Below are positions 62,329-64,000 of a stretch of 64,000 nt of DNA, piece by piece (the stretch's first letter is position 1; each line of letters starts with the position of its first letter). A program made the translations under genes and the position numbers. The notes beneath the pieces are model-generated. The model made no database searches and was not told where the DNA came from. It saw nothing but the letters and a program-made list of their open reading frames with translations. Location of the stretch: contig CM082592.2 of assembly GCA_040954595.2 (NCBI GenBank), forward strand, positions 3,488,735 to 3,552,734. Reading direction: 5' to 3'. Source of the stretch: Balanoglossus misakiensis. Lineage: Eukaryota > Animalia > Hemichordata.

Positions 62329-63774
62329 ATTATTATTATTATTATTATTCTTCTTCCCACTTTTAAAAACAGCCGCTATTCGAAGACCGTTGCACCCAAT
62401 GACTTGAAATTTGGCTCATAGGTAAAACTCAAAGCAAGTAATTTTTTGATCATGTCACTATGGCAACAGGTCACATGACCTGGCAGCCATCTTGGATTTA
62501 AACTTTTAAATTGGTCTAATTTGCATAAAAAATGAAGAATCCAAATTCTGTTCAGAAACTTTGTGGACCATATGGCCAGGGTCCTCTATGCCAAATTTCA
62601 ATGTCTAAGTCCTTGCCGATTTTGAGGAGATGATTTTTAAAGCATTATTTTTCATATTTTCCATGACCATTGGACCCAGCCATTGGCCTATACTTTCCAT
62701 GGTTAAGCAATGGCCCCCTAGGATTTTAGATTTATGCCCAATATCTCAACATCCGCTGGGCTGATCAGCTTCAAATTTTGTGTGCAGCTAGCCTACCTTC
62801 CGACAATCAGTTCCAATTGGAAAAAATAATATGGAAAATCGACCGATTTTTTTATATTAATTTTTTTATGAAATCTATACCTATACTTATTCCACTATAC
62901 TTAAGCTATGGCCACATAGTTTTGTAGAATTCTGGTCGGTGCAATAGTCTGCAGCATAAGACCAAAATAAGAAGCCACATTTAAGGCTCACCTGTGACAC
63001 CTGCTCAACTCATTAATTATGTGCATACCTAATTCCAGGCAAACCAACAGGGCTACAGGTCTGATTTTTGTCGGACATGGACCAGTATGGGGTCAAATTT
63101 TTTTCCCAAATTTTGGGTGACCTTGGGTGACCTTTGACCTACTTTCGCATATCTCAGCATCCAGAGCAGGTACAGCTCAGGTGTTTGGGTGGATGGGACC
63201 AAAATAAGAAGCCAAATTTAAGGCTCACCTGTGACACCTGCTTAACTCATTAACTATGTGCATACCTAATTCCAGGCAAACCAATAGGGCTACAGGTCTG
63301 GTTTTTGTCAGACATGGACCAGTATGGGGACAATTTTTTTTCCCAAACTTTGGATGTCCTTGGGTGACCTTTGACCTACTTTCACATATCTCGGCATCCA
63401 GAGCAGGTACAGCTTAGGTGTTTGGGTGGACGGGACCAAAATAAGAAGCCAAATTTTAGAGTCACCTGTGACACCTGCCTAACTCATTAATTATGTGCAT
63501 ACCTAATTCCAGGCAAACCAGTAGGGCTACAGATCTGGTTTTTGTTTGACATGGACCAGTATAGCGTAAACATTTTCTGCTCATATTAAGCGTGACCTCA
63601 CGTGACCTTTGACCTACTTTTCCACATCTCAGCATCCACAGCACATACACCCTTGGCATTTGGAGTGATAGAACAACTAATGCAGTAATTAAATATGCAC
63701 AAATCTATCTCCAGGCGAACCAATAGGGCTAGTAGTGTCTCGAAACCCGCTTATTGCTGTTCACAGCTATATTT
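62329..63774 (+). mobile_element. Helentron-like element, tandem copy 2 (no 5' hairpin; three internal repeats)
   Basis: Near-identical to copy 1 from the (TTA)n tract onward; repeats start 62960/63197/63434; same 3' end. Confidence 0.75.
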
Positions 63775-64000
63775 TGTAGGTTATGTTTGAGTAGTACAAA
63801 TGTTTACATGTATTTGATAGCAATACTGGTTAATATGTAATATTGAAATGTTTGATTTCCTAAGGCATAAAGGGTCTACTCAACATCCATCATTTTTCGC
63901 TGAGGAAGCAAGTACTTGAAATATATAATAATAAAAATAATAATTTTTTGCTTGCTTGTAAATATAGGATTTACATTTATATTTGTGGCAATAACATTGT

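Noticed and set aside
60805-63660. Regularly spaced repeats as a CRISPR-like array or coding repeats
   Set aside because: The units are contiguous 237-bp near-identical tandem copies with no unique spacers, in a eukaryotic context; the ORFs are short and incidental.

Overview
AT-rich, intron-rich animal genomic DNA. It looks like a marine invertebrate, possibly a deuterostome, but that is inferred only from composition, gene structure and repeat types. I rebuilt three spliced genes by hand from GT-AG junctions with consistent phases. (1) TIR-A is a minus-strand gene (ATG 27943) that runs off the left edge. (2) TIR-B is a plus-strand gene (30106-34957, 446 aa). TIR-A and TIR-B are paralogs arranged head-to-head around a shared CpG-rich promoter. 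Both encode an acylation-type N-terminus, a TIR domain retaining the catalytic Glu and a Cbl-like EF-hand module; TIR-B continues into HEAT repeats, while that part of TIR-A lies outside the window. The two differ asymmetrically in the BB loop and the Ca2+-binding loop. This pair is the most interesting feature and is mostly missed by the ORF track. (3) A complete 15-exon ribosomal protein S6 kinase (RPS6KB1/S6K, 485 aa) lies on the minus strand (50305-41802). There is also a candidate first exon of a further plus-strand gene (53057-53093), many MITEs (TA-, TTAA- and TAA-flanked), a 5'-truncated L2/CR1 LINE, (GAT)n microsatellites, and two tandem Helentron-like non-autonomous elements carrying 237-bp satellite arrays (60067-63774).
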